A stretch of 54,291 nucleotides of DNA, counting the filler, from Thelocarpon superellum (lineage: Eukaryota), in the NCBI GenBank assembly GCA_026025795.1. It is 2 parts of 2 records of this genome, joined end to end, with 100 filler letters (N's around TTAATTAATTAA, not from the genome) between each part and the next. Parts side by side here need not be neighbours in the genome. Positions count along the whole stretch, not along the records: positions 1 to 27,113 come from JAPEUG010000251.1; 1 more part is not named here. One strand, written 5' to 3'. The position numbers and the translations under genes were made by a program. A model generated the notes under the pieces. That model ran no database searches and was not told where the DNA came from. It was given only the letters and a program-made list of their open reading frames with translations. The first letter of the stretch is position 1, and every line of letters begins with the position of its first letter. Positions 13,093 through 25,281 of the stretch are shown piece by piece.

Positions 13093-14508
13093 ATGGTCGC
13101 CATGGCCTTGAACGGGTAAGTTGAATGCGCGCGAGGCCGTCGGTGCTCGATTCCCGTCCTTCGCCGGGCCGGCTTCATGGGGTTGGCCGTGGCTAACGAA
13201 GCGGACCTGCAGGTATGCCAGCGTCCTGTCGCCCAATGTGCCTGCCCACAGCGAAAATGGCCGACTCTTCCACGGATACTTGAAGGGCATGTACATGTAT
13301 CCCTGCGACGAGGTACATGCTGGCCCGCAATCCATCCGTCCGCGGAGCATCTACTGACCGCCGCGCAGCAAGAGAAGGATCGCATGGATATCTACCACAA
13401 GCTCTTCCTGGTTGCACGCCACGAGAAGCTTCACCAAGCCCCGCTGGACCCGCACGGCCAGACCCGCGTGCTGGACCTAGGTACTGGAACGGGAATCTGG
13501 GCGATTGATATGGCAGAGTAAGTGCCCACGCCCGCACGGCCGATTGTCATCCATCGACTCCTCGGGCGTTGCATTGTGTCGGCTAATGACACGCTCTGCA
13601 GCAAATACCCTAATGCTTGGGTTCGTTCCCATTCCACCCACGCTCCAGGCACCATGTGCTGACCCGCGCAATTCAGGTGGTCGGGATGGACCTCGCCAAC
13701 ATTCAACCCGAGCGGTGAGCCGGACCTACTCTTCGCCACGCGCGTGGGCAGCGTTGCTGATGAGCGTATCAACCAGAATTCCCTCCAACCTGCGCTTCAA
13801 AGTGCCCCAGGACTTTGAAAGCCCCTGGCTGCTTGGTGAATCCAGCTTCGATCTCATCCACCTTCGGATGGGTTGTGGGAGCATCTCGAGCTGGCCAGAT
13901 ATGTTTCAGCGCATCTTTGAGTGAGCCTCACGTCATCCCTAGCCATGGCCCTAGCCGGTGCCGTGTGGTCACTGATGCATGTGTCGACTAGCCACCTGCG
14001 ACCGGGATACGGGTACTTCGAGGGCGTCGAGATCGATCACGAACCGCGGTGTGACGATGGGACCCTTCCCCCGACCTCAGTCCTGCGCCGGTGGTGGCAA
14101 TATGTGGCTGAGGCGACGCAGCGGGTGAACAGACCCCTGGCGTACAACCCCTGGACGCGGCATATGCTCCAACAAGCAGGCTACGTCGACATCCAGGAGA
14201 CGGTCATCCGCGCCCCACTCAATTCCTGGCCACCCGATCAGCATCTCAAGGATATCGGGCGGTGGTACAACTTGGGCATGACGGAAGGGCTCGAGGCCCT
14301 CTCTCTCGGCCCGCTCACCCGCGTCTCACGATGGTCGGTCGATGACGTGAAACGGATCGTCAAGGACGTCAAGAAGGAGGTCTGCAACAAGAAAATGCAC
14401 GCCTACAACAACATGTAAGTGCTTGACGTCACCGACCAAGTCGTCACTGGGCCAAGCCCAATACTGACACATCTCAGACACATCTGGACCGCGAGACGGC
14501 CTCAATGA
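13093..14508 (+). CDS. laeA: LaeA-type SAM-dependent methyltransferase (velvet-complex regulator of secondary metabolism)
   Basis: Eight exons (introns 13116-13212, 13313-13368, 13518-13601, 13621-13676, 13715-13775, 13921-13991, 14415-14477) give [79 protein letters not shown] and [15 protein letters not shown]. The ATG is at 13093 or 13102. Confidence 0.88.
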
Positions 14509-16008
14509 CTCATGACATGATGATCTATACCCTTAGCAATCTAACTTCTCTCACTTGCGACGATCTAGCTCGGGTCGATGCTCCGGTGGTTTGCGGCGTT
14601 GTTGGTGGGTGGGTGGATGGATGAAGACATCGTCCTGTCCGACGCCCCTTGCCTCATGGCGAGCTCGCCGCTGCTAGGAGCGATCGACGTGCTCGTTCCT
14701 GAGGCTGTGTTCGGTTGGCGCCTCACGACATCGCCGTAAGAATCCGTCCTCGGGGGAGCCTGGCGTCTAATCCACGACGATGCGTCACGATCCAGTCTCG
14801 CTTCGTGACCCGAACACCAAGGTCTCATTTTCGCGCACATTCATCTCCTTCTACGATCCGACAATCGGGCTTTTCCCCTTCTCACACCACATCGCTCTCA
14901 CGGGTTGTTCGCTTCCGGCCCATGAAGCCCCATCGGGATGTCACAACACGCGGGGATACCTAGCATCCGAGGGCATTTGACCAATTTAAGGAAACCCTTA
15001 CCGCGCCCGGCATAGTATCGTTTCCCAGCAATGCGTCAGCTCAAACACAAACGGCAGAAGGGAAAGGGCTTAGCGAGAGCCTTGCCGGGGTGGAAACGAG
15101 AGGGCCATGTACCATACATCGGGAGGAAACCTGCCGATCGAGCGCGTTTTGGAGGCCAAGCATGCTTCAGCACCCGGCGTCACAGGTTTGGGCATTTGGG
15201 GAGTCCTGCTTTGACATGGACGGACGCTTCAACAGGTAAGCTGCCAGTGCTCCGTTGGATGTATCTATTGGAAAATCATTGATAGCGGGTTGTTGAATAC
15301 CTGGCGATCAAATACGACTATCTATGTTAGGGGCCACATGAAAAGGCTTTTCTCGCTTGCCGTAGGTGACGTAGCGAGCGATAAGGCAAAGAAACGGAAA
15401 GTTGGCGAACAATGAAAACAGAATCCTACTGGGGAGCTCCTGCAAGGAGGATGATTGGAGTCACATCTAGCGCGATCTATCCGTGCCTGACATGTCCCTA
15501 CCGCTCCATGCCGATCGAGCTACTCCGTCAGGGTCCATGATAGGGCCGAGGGCGTGGGTGTGGGCTTGGTAAGACGTAATTTGAGTGCTGGTCAGCTAGG
15601 CGGCCAATCTGCTACTCGTACACGACCGCCCGTTCGTTTAGGTCGTGACGCCACGGCCGGGGCCCCTCCCGGGTACGTCTGATTGGCGCCATGGGGGACG
15701 CCGAGGATCAACAGGGCCTAATATTTATCCACTGGAGTTCACGAGGAATGATCCTGGACATCCTCATCTGTGGTCTACCGACCCGCAATCGTCTCCTCGT
15801 TCGACCCATGCACGGCTACTACTTAGAATCTGGGCGCCTGACCGTGCGCGGCCGGGGATGAATCCAAGTATCACTGACATCGCCAGCCCCCGCCAGAGAC
15901 CTGCGCGTTGCGGCCGGGTCCGTGTTGGTCACGGTGCAAGCTGCCAACGCAGTCGCGCTCAAGACCCGTCACACCACGCCCTTCTCACGGCGTACGAGGG
16001 GTGCATTG

Positions 16009-18459
16009 ATGATGGGTATCCATCTTTGGCCCAGTCGATGGCTGGGGAAGTGCATGCTGACAACCTCCTCTTCCCAGAGACCCGCCCCATTGCCCTCCTG
16101 TCGAGGCGCCTTGTGTCCGCGGTGAGAAGACAGTTGCCGCCTCTTAACTTCATCACGCTACACTACACGTACTTCATCGGGACATGTCTCATCACGTCTA
16201 TCATCTTCTGGGGCTCCTCGACTCCGCCTCGCAGTGTCAGCTACGTCGACTCGCTCTTCCTCACCGTCAGCGCTATGACGTTGGCCGGATTGAACACCAT
16301 CAACCTGAGCACCCTCAACACGTTTCAGCAGTTTCTCCTATTTTTGCTAATCATCATGGGTTCTGCGGCAAGTGTCACATAGAAGGCGGGTGAGAATGGG
16401 ACTGATAAGGTCGACGCAGATTTTGGTCTCGGCAGTGGTCGTCTTTTTCCGAATGAATGCTTTCGAGGCCAAGTTCCAAGAGGTCAAGGGGGAGCGGAAG
16501 AAACGGCGACTCAAGAGCCCGTCATGGCGTAGTCTCTCCTTTTCGCGATCTTCTTCACATACACGGCCGGATCTCTCCGGCATCCCATCGGGCGCCACAC
16601 CGCAGAGTCGGGAAGATGAAGCGCAGGGAGAGAGCGCAATCGAGGATGATAAGGACGAGATGAGCGGCGGATCGAGAAATCCAGCGCCGTCGGGTGCAAC
16701 CGCGGAGAACATGCTGCAAGACGTGGACGGCTCAGAAACGCAACACATTGCCTTTACGCCTGACACACGGTTTCGAGCTTCGACAGCCTCGCAACAAGCG
16801 CGGCCTCGTCTACGTCTGCTCTCGATGCAAGGCGTTGGGGCTTCCGCCGACGCGGTGAGTCCGCGTAGGCTGATCAACGCCCAGCTAGAAAAGGTGGCCT
16901 CTTCTCGCGATTCCACCCTTGAGCGGCCAGAGTCCCTGTTCCACGGTGCGTCGAGACCGTTCCTCGGCCCGAATTCCCAATTCCATCACCTCACTCGAGC
17001 CGAACGCGACGAGCTTGGGGGTGCCGAATACCGAGCGGTTTCCCTCCTAGCCGTCATCGTGCCGCTGTATTTTGTCCTGTGGCTCTTACTTGGGTCGCTG
17101 GGTGTCGGAGCCTGGATCGCCAAGTATAAGGCGGAGGTGACTCGTGAAAATGGACTGAACCCTTGGTGGGTGCTTCCACGCGCCTGGTCGTCGGAACTGA
17201 TCTTCGATGCAGGTGGGTGGGAGCGTTCAATGCGATTTCGGCCTTCAACAATTCCGGCATGAGCTTGCTCGACGCCAACATGGTGCGTGGAAGTGGTATC
17301 ACCCTGGCTGAGCCTCGCTGATCCTCCGGAGATCCCATTTGAAGATTCATTCTACGTATTGATCACGATGGGCCTGTTGATCTTGGCAGGCAACACATGG
17401 TAACAGATCCCATACTCGCCGCGCTGTCATGGGCATGGCATCGCTGAGATGTCAAAAAGCTACCCGGTCTTCCTCCGTCTCATTCTGTGGACTCTCCGTC
17501 ATTTGCTGCACCGGTGGAAGTACTTTAGCGGGTACGATCAGACGCTGCAATTCCTACTAGATCATCCTCGACGATGCTACACCAACCTCTTCCCCTCAGC
17601 GCACACCTGGTGGCTGCTTCTAGCCGTCGTCACCCTGAACGGGATTGACTGGGTCGCGTTTGAAATCCTCAACGTAGGTCCCTCCCCCTAGGATCGAGGA
17701 GGAACTCGCTGATCATGACACGAGATTGGCAACGAGGCGCTTACCAGCATCCCGCGCGGCGCGCGCGTGCTCGACGGCCTTTTTCAAGCGTTGGCCGTAC
17801 GTAGCGGCGGATTCTACGTGGTGCCCATCTCATCGCTCCGCATCGGGCTGCAGGTGCTCTACGTGTGGATGATGTACATCTCCGTTTACCCCGTGGTCAT
17901 CACCATGCGCAGCTCCAACGTATACGAGGAACGAAGCCTGGGTCTCTACGCCGATGACCTGCCACACGATCCCCAAGGACCCGAGACCCCGCGCAGGAAA
18001 CCCTCATTCTTCACGACGCTCCGTCAGCGCATCACGGGCGACCCACCTCCCATCGCCAACGCGTCATACTTTGTGCGGCAGCAACTCCATGCACAACTAG
18101 CGCACGATATATGGTGGATCGTGCTCGCCGTGCTCTTCATCACCATCACTGAGACGGGTCAATTCGAGGCCGATCCAGTCGACTACTCCGTCTTCAACGT
18201 CATCTTTGAGGTTGTGAGCGCCTACGGCTGCGTGGGCATCAGCGTCGGTCTGCCCAACGAGGCCTATAGCTTCTGCGGCGGTTGGCACGCTCTCTCCAAG
18301 CTGATCCTGTGCGCTGTCATGCTGCGGGGGAGACACAGGGGACTCCCCGTTGCCATCGACCGCGCCGTCTTGCTCCCCGGCGAGTATTTAGCCGCTGCCG
18401 AGGAAGAAGATGCGGCTATTCGCATGAATCATACGCGAGCGAGGACGGGCATGGTATGA
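16009..18459 (+). CDS. trk: Trk/HKT-family potassium transporter
   Basis: LPPLNFITLHYTYF, YVDSLFLTVSAMTLAGLN, LGGAEYRA, SAFNNSGMSLLD, VRSGGF, FEVVSAYGCVGISVG, RGRHRGLPVAIDRAVLLP. Multi-exon; the start (ATG ATG G|intron 16016-16077) is inferred. Confidence 0.92.
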
Positions 18460-18667
18460 GGTCTGCGCTGCCTTCTCACTGCTCATGTACACCCAGGATA
18501 CTACAAAGACCTCAGTATGTCTCGAACAACGCGATAGAAATTCGGCTAGTCAAGCAGCTCGAGCGGTGCGGCGTGGAGGCCATTATGTTCACGGGTTGCT
18601 CCTGGCTACATCGATTCACGCGAAAATGAGTCCAATCGACGGAAAGTCCCGAAAAATCGATCTTCGA

Positions 18668-18973
18668 TTAGCTATTGTAATCATCCAGATGTTCAATCCA
18701 AATGAGGCCGCGAGTCATCCGCTGCCGGTGTCGCACCGCCAAGTGCAGAGCGGTGCCGTACTTGCTCCTAGGCTCCAAACAGCAGAATGGAGCGTTACTT
18801 TCAGGCCATCTCACTTCCGCCAAAAGCCGACTGACCAGCTCCAGTGCAACTGTGTTGCGTTTTGCCAGCTGTTCCACTGCCGATACGTCGCACCAGAATA
18901 GGGCATCGTATCCGAGGCTGGAAGCAGCTTCGAAACGTCTGGTAGACTTGACGTCACCAGAGCCTTGATCTCT
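18668..18973 (-). pseudogene. Degenerate ankyrin-repeat fragment
   Basis: Frame reads ...LELVSRLLAE...SKYGTALHLAVRH, matching the ankyrin G-TALHLA motif. No ATG start, and it is bounded by stops. Confidence 0.35.
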
Positions 18974-19369
18974 TCAACACCCACAAGCTAGGATCATGTG
19001 TGTTTCTCTCTCTAGATGGTCTTTTGCTACTTCGCATCTTGCTCGCTGGCTTTGCGTCGCGATCGTGACGGTACCCGAATTATTGCATCCCGCACTGGCC
19101 GCATCCTAGAGTGGGATCTTCTTCATGGGAGTCTCCGGCTGGGGCGAGAGGTGCGTATGGTTGATGGACAGGGTTTCTTCTCGGCTCAATGGCTCGTTCT
19201 GTCTAATGTCAGTAATTCTAGCAAGGAGTCTCCTGGTGACTTTAATTCTTCTGTCCGTTGAAAGGGTCTAAGATTGTTACGCATCTTTGTACAAGTCGAT
19301 CTTGGCACACATCCAGTTTCCAGCACATTCCCAGCTGGGCAACGGCAATTGCCGTATCCAGTCCAGTTT

Positions 19370-19728
19370 CCGGCACATTCTCACTGGACAAAGGCTAAGA
19401 AGCGATACGCAGGATCATCAGGAAGCATCGCCGAGACGTAGATAGACATCGAAACGATCAGGGAAATGGAATTGTCCCTATAGGGAGATTCCACCTTGAG
19501 GATCTCCATACCCTGGATAAACTCAGGGGGCCTCCGCTGTCCCTGGAGGTACTGCACAAATTCTGAGGTTGGAATCTGTGACGTCCAGACGGCCACCAGA
19601 CTTCGGGTCCCGTCATCGCGGGGTTGGTCCTTGGTAGATGTAGCATCCTCTCCTGGATTTGTGTCGCCTGAGCTACCGGGAGCGAGAGGAGTCGTTCCGT
19701 AATATGTGAGGTGACCCCGCCTGGAAGT
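19370..19728 (-). pseudogene. Fragment of a conserved fungal hypothetical-protein C-terminal domain
   Basis: LKVESPYRDNSISLIVSMSIYVSAMLPDDPAYRFLAFV, then a frameshift to SENV. Resembles, from recall, the 'KVE...S.L...P...W..LP..PAY.F.GFV.S.N' domain of fungal hypothetical proteins. Confidence 0.35.
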
Positions 19729-19810
19729 TCACTCCTCGATTTGTCAAACGTCTTTACCTTCAGTGACACTCACGAACGCTTGAATCCTATCTCTGCTCGG
19801 TTAGTGAGTG

Positions 19811-21547
19811 ATGCTGCGCAGTTGCCGCACTCTCAAGTCAAGCCGCTGTGCGGCCGCTCTTCTTGGAAGACGAAATATTGCCACAGAAGCCAAGAAAGAG
19901 GGAGACATCTCCTCCGTCTTCGTCTCACTGTCTGGGACCCGAGCAGAGCCGCTTCCGCGGCGGTACGCGGATCTCAAGGGGCGGTTGATCAACGGCCATC
20001 ATGACGAACTACGAGAAAGCTGGGAAAGACTGTTGGTACGGTTAGAAGAGGAGATCCTGGAAGTGGAAGCACACGGGCCAAACATCATTCCACAACTTCG
20101 TTTTGAAGATATCCACAATGCTCCAAATCGATTGACGGATGAGATTAGGAAGAGAGGCGTCGCCGTCATCCGTGGCGTCATGCCGGAGGAAGAGGCCTTG
20201 AGATACAAGACTGATGTGCAGCAATACGTCAAAGACAACCCTCACACCAAGGGTGAGCATCATACACTTTTCCTCCAGGGACTGATCGGTCGGATTGACA
20301 TGAGATTAGCATTTCCGCCTCATGACCCCCAAGTCTTCGAGCTGTACTGGTCACCGTCACAAGTCCGCGCGAGGGCGCATCCAAACCTCCTCAAGACCCA
20401 ACGCTTCCTGATGAGCCTCTGGCACTCCCAAGAGCCAGACGCTCCGATTTCTACCGCCCACCCTCTCAACTACGCCGACCGCGTCCGGATTCGACGGCCC
20501 GGCGACACCGGCTTCGCGCTCGGGCCACACGTCGACGGGGGCGGCGTTGAGCGGTGGGAGGAGCACGGCTATGGCCTTGGACGAGTCTACGATAAGATAT
20601 GGCAGGGCAAGTGGGAAGAATACGACCCGTGGGAGTCCAGCTGCCGCTTGCCCGTGGTGGCGGATTTGTACAATGGCGCCGGCGCGTGCTCCATGTTCCG
20701 CATGTTCCAGGGTTGGTTATCCATGTCGGACACGGGACCAGGGGAGGGCACACTCCTCGTGAACCCCTTCCTATCGCGCGCCACCGCCTACTTCTTGCTA
20801 CGGCCGTTCTTCTCCCCTCGACGGCCTCGCTCGTCTCACTCGTCCAACTCCAGCATGGACTTCTTGAGGCCGAGCAATTGGAGTCTAGACACTCATCCCA
20901 CGACTTCACTTCAGGGGGCAACGCCATCGCATTGCCAAGAGCTCAACGATATGCTCCATCCACATCTCCAGCTCTCGAAATCAATGGTCCATGTCCCCAG
21001 AGTCCGACCAGGTGATTATGTGGTCTGGCATTGCGATAGTAAGCCTTCTCCCGTAGCACTCTTTCGTCCGAAACTAACCTCCCTAGCAATCCACGCCGTA
21101 GACCACGTCCACGCCGGCACATCCGACGCCAGTGTCATGTACATAGGAACTTGTCCCCTGACGGAAGCCAATGCTCGGTACCTAGCTCGACAGCGGGCCT
21201 CGTTTCTCGAGGGTAAGTTTGTCTCAGCCCGCTGATTGACATTGTCACCTTCCTCCCTTATTTCCCACCACTTCAACAGAGCCTGACCTTCTTTCTCAGG
21301 CATTCCCCCGCCTGATTTTCCTGGTGGAAAGGGAGAGTCAGATCATATTGGAAGACCAGACGCAGCGTATATCAAAGACTTCGCACGTAGAGCGTCAGAG
21401 GGCAGTGAGGGTGGATCAGGAGAGAAAGTAAGGGAAGCGGAGGCGGCTATGGGCCTCGCACCCTTCATGAGGACGCATGATGATGCAGGCCGACCCTCGG
21501 ATGCTCAGTTGCGACTGATTGAGACTGCGAATCGGATCTTGGCCTGA
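19811..21547 (+). CDS. DUF1479 (Gig2/YbiU-like) Fe(II)/2OG-type oxygenase, probably mitochondrial
   Basis: KEGDISSVFVSLSG, LYWSPSQVRAR, YADRVRIR, LGPHVDGG, SMFRMFQGWL, WHCD|IHAVD, PPPDFPGGKGE. Arg/Ser-rich N-terminus. Three introns; stop TGA at 21545-21547. Confidence 0.9.
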
Positions 21548-21566
21548 TTTGCAATCAGGAGAGAAC

Positions 21567-24024
21567 CTACTCGCTCTCTCCATTGCCACCGTATTCGTCC
21601 TCAACCTCATTCGGGCCTTGATCCTCATCTGAGAAGTCCACAACTGCTTCCTTGGCTTCATCCTCAACCCCCTCACCCCCCCTCCGACCCCTATTCTTCT
21701 TCTCTTCCTCCCTCCGGCCGTGCTCCAGCAGCTTCGCTCGCTCCTCCCGTTGTTTCCGCTGTCCCTGCACAAAGGCACCCAGGGGCGTCTTGTCCCACTC
21801 GAGATCTTTCAAGAAGGCCTCGACGCCGGCGCGGTCGTTCGGGGCAAATGCAACACTGGCCCGTTTCTCCTCGACAAATCTCGAGTTCGCTTCAAGCTTC
21901 TGCACGAGCAGTATCACCCCCGCGTTCACCTTGCCGTTCTTGTTGCCCGTGTTCTTGTGCGAGGCGCCCTTCAGCCAGCGCTTCAGCATCACGATCACGG
22001 GTAAGGCGAGTTCTGGAAAGGCGACGCTCTTGGTCCACAGCACGAAGAACTCGCTGAACAGCTCGCTCACTTGTGCTCCCACGCCATCTTGGTAGACGCG
22101 GGTGCGCAGGTAGGCCTTTGGAGCCCGGATGGCCGTCTCGAAATCAAGACTCTTGAGCGTGCTGGCTTTCGGAGCCTTCTTCATCTCCGCCGAGTTCAAG
22201 ACTTCCAGAAGGGCCGGGGCGAGGGGGATGTAGGTTCCTGAGGCGCGGCAGAGCCGCAGGAGAGATCGGATCAATTGGAAGCGCAGAGGAAAGTACTGGG
22301 AGGTGGGGATCAGTCGGAGTGCTCCCAGCGTGATCTGCACGCCAGGGTAGATGAGGGGTCGGAGGCCCGATTGTTGTCCTGATTCGGCTTCGGTAAGAGT
22401 CTCACAGTGAAGTGAGAGGACGCGAGACCAAAAGTCCAACGAATGGACGTATTGCCAATTGTAGACGGTCTTGTAAGAGTCCTGGGGATAAGTCAGTCGT
22501 GCCGCGATCGTAACGGAACTCGTCAGGCACCTTGGATGGGTTTGTGATGCTTCCTCGAAGGTGGATGGCTAATTGGCGGATAAAAGTGAAGCCAGTATTG
22601 TACCCCACCGTCTGATCGAGACCCCACAGCTCCGCAGCAGAGTTCTTCATCAGGTTGACTCCATGCATGGTGTGGACACTCGTGTTACGGCTGCCTTTGA
22701 CCAGGCCTTGGTAGATATTCCGAAGCACGGCTTCCCGGACACCGGCATCTCCAATCACCATAAGCTTTCGCATGACCAAGAAGGCGTTGATCCGTGTGAT
22801 TTCGGCGCTCGACGCCTCGGACCAGATGCCGGTCACGGTTCGGATGAGGTCGCGAAGTACTTTCTTGAAGGATAGCAGATACGGGAGTAATGGAACTAGG
22901 GACGAGAGCGCCACTTTCTGGGTTGGGGCGTCGGAGAGGGTGGTGAGAAGATGGGTGATGGAGCTCGCGTGAGATTTTAAGAGTGGCGTCAGCGTCCTGT
23001 ATTTCTTCGAGTCTGTTGCGACCCGGCTGCAAACCAGTCAGCGCTGCATTCCAATAACACTGGCCTGGTACGTACAGTTTCCCGGACGGACCCTCCTTGA
23101 CCGGCAAATGGTGATGCAGGACGTCCGGCAAATGTAAGAGGGTCAAGATCAGAAGACTATGGTAGACTAGAACATGTGAGTTATATGACGAGAAGAGGTC
23201 GAGAAGTTCGGCCTACCGTCGGGGTTCGAGATCGTATATTTATACTCCTTTCCATCTTCTTCGTTGACGTGTACAGCGGCTCGAAAGGCGAGGACCACCT
23301 GACGCATTGCCCGGAGCGAGTGGTTCTCTGTCAATGCCGTCCGCCATTTGTCCACCGTGCTCGGGGTTACTTCGGCACTGTCGGCGCCGTGCGTGTCATC
23401 GTCCTCCAGATTGCCTGCAAGACCATCGCCCTGAGCCATTTTGCCGTTGTTCTTCGATTTTTTCTTTGCATCAACCTTCTCTTCACCGCCATCGCTCAAG
23501 TCGTCCACTTCTGCAAGATCCGTGAATTCCAGGAGCTCTGGGTCGTTTTCCTTCAGATGGGCGTAAAATTCGGGATCTTTCTCTGCCAACGCTTCGAGGT
23601 CCTCTTTGTGCATGTCAAGATCATCTTCATCGTCGTCGTCGTTGTCGGCCACGCCCCCTTCCTCTTCTCCCTCGTCTACATCGTCGCCGTCCTTTCTCTT
23701 TCGCTTCCCTAGCTTCGGGCTTTTGGTGCGGTCCTTCGACGACCGCTTGCGTGGTTTTTCGGGAATCTCGAAGCCGCCCTCGAAGAATTGATCGACCGCC
23801 ATGTCATCAAAATCCGAGGGTTCATTTGTCTTCGTTGTGGCTGCTGCTGCGGCCTCGCCAGCTCCCTCGTCCGCAGAGTCATCCTGCTCTTTCGCCCGCT
23901 TGGCCTTTTTCTTCTCTTTGACCTGGTTGCGTTGCTTGATTTTGGCGAACTCTTTGCGGCGGTCGATTGTGTCTTTCAGATGGTTCTTCTCGAATTTGCG
24001 TGTCGACTTCTTCATGCGAGCCAT
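21567..24024 (-). CDS. NOC2: Nucleolar complex protein Noc2
   Basis: KSTRKFEKNHLKDTIDRRK, LAEKDPEFYAHLKENDPELLEF, GFTFIRQLAIHLR, YNWQYVHSLDFWSRVL, YFPLRF, AFPELALP. Three introns. Confidence 0.95.
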
Positions 24025-24249
24025 GCTGTCAGCACTGATGAGTCCGGACGGACCCGGAACACAACTGCGAAGTGGAAAGTGGGAGAGATGAAAGTCGCGG
24101 CCACGAAACTTTCGATAGCTGGAGTGCGGATACCGGACGGCAAGTTCCGCGGGCGCGGCGAACTCGCGTGCCTCACGCAACGATCAGATCCTCCTACTCT
24201 CCGACCGGGTTTATCCCATATCGCTCCTTTGTACCTGAGGAGGCGCAAG

Positions 24250-25062
24250 ATGTACACCTCGAGACAGCTTCCGTATGCGCCGACACCCTACAGCTATACC
24301 CCTCAATCCACCTTGAATGCGAAAATCAATCTAGACGAAGTGTGCCCCCCAAGACTTCAACCTACCCCGCCTTGGTGCTCATGACCGCTGTAGGAAGTCA
24401 AGCTCACATCCACCAATGCCGAAAGAGATCTGTATGATTCATTGGCCGAGATATACAGTGTCATCATCACACTGGACGCTTTGGAAAAGGCCTACATCAA
24501 GGACTCTGTCACCGAGGTCGAGTACACGGCGACGTGCGATCGGCTCCTGAAGCAATACAAAGCCATCCTTGGAGATGACGCTGTCTCCCGAGAGTTCAAG
24601 GACCTGGAATCCTTCAAGTCCGAATGGGATGTGAGGCGTAGGCCTGATGTAGGATTCTCGGCAGGTATTGACAGACATCTACAGATGGAATGTCCCAGAG
24701 CGACCGAGAGGTTGAAGATTGGTCTCCCCGCGACGGTGGAAAAGCCCTCCCACAATCCCTCGACAAGCGTCGGTGCGGCCGGGAAAGACATCTCTACTGC
24801 GACGGAAAACTTCATCAATTTCCTCGATGCCCTCGAGCTTGGGCTGTTCGCCAAAGACAGCTTGCATCCGTTGCTTGCGGACGTCATTCAATCGGTGAAC
24901 AAGGTGTCGGACCAGGACTTCGAAGGACGGGCCAAGATCGTGCAGTGGCTGATCACCCTCAACCAAATGAAAGCGTCGGAAGAAGTGTCCAAGGAGCAAG
25001 TAGGCGAGTTGAAATTCGACATTCGGCAGGCGTACCATGGTTTCAAGGCGACCCTAGAATGA
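24250..25062 (+). CDS. VPS28: ESCRT-I subunit Vps28
   Basis: LAEIYSVIITLDALEKAYIKD, ENFINFLDAL, DSLHPLL, WLITLNQM. Introns 24340-24393 and ~24631-24683. Confidence 0.95.
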
Positions 25063-25281
25063 CGTTCTTTCACTTTCCAGAGGGCGTCCACATCCTTTCC
25101 TCGGTTGGATTTCGAGCTGCATTGTCAGGTGTTGAGCTGTTCGGCTGTTGATGGGATTCCGAAGCGAATAGGATATGCGAGTGCACGCACGAACACGTGG
25201 GGGACTCCCTAGTCCGAAGTGCAAAATTCCGAAAATGAAAGCCGAGCCGTCGTAGGAATTTCCTCTGAAGCACCCTGCGCC

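Noticed and set aside
13093..21547. Secondary-metabolite cluster around laeA and the oxygenase
   Set aside because: No PKS, NRPS or terpene synthase backbone gene in the window.
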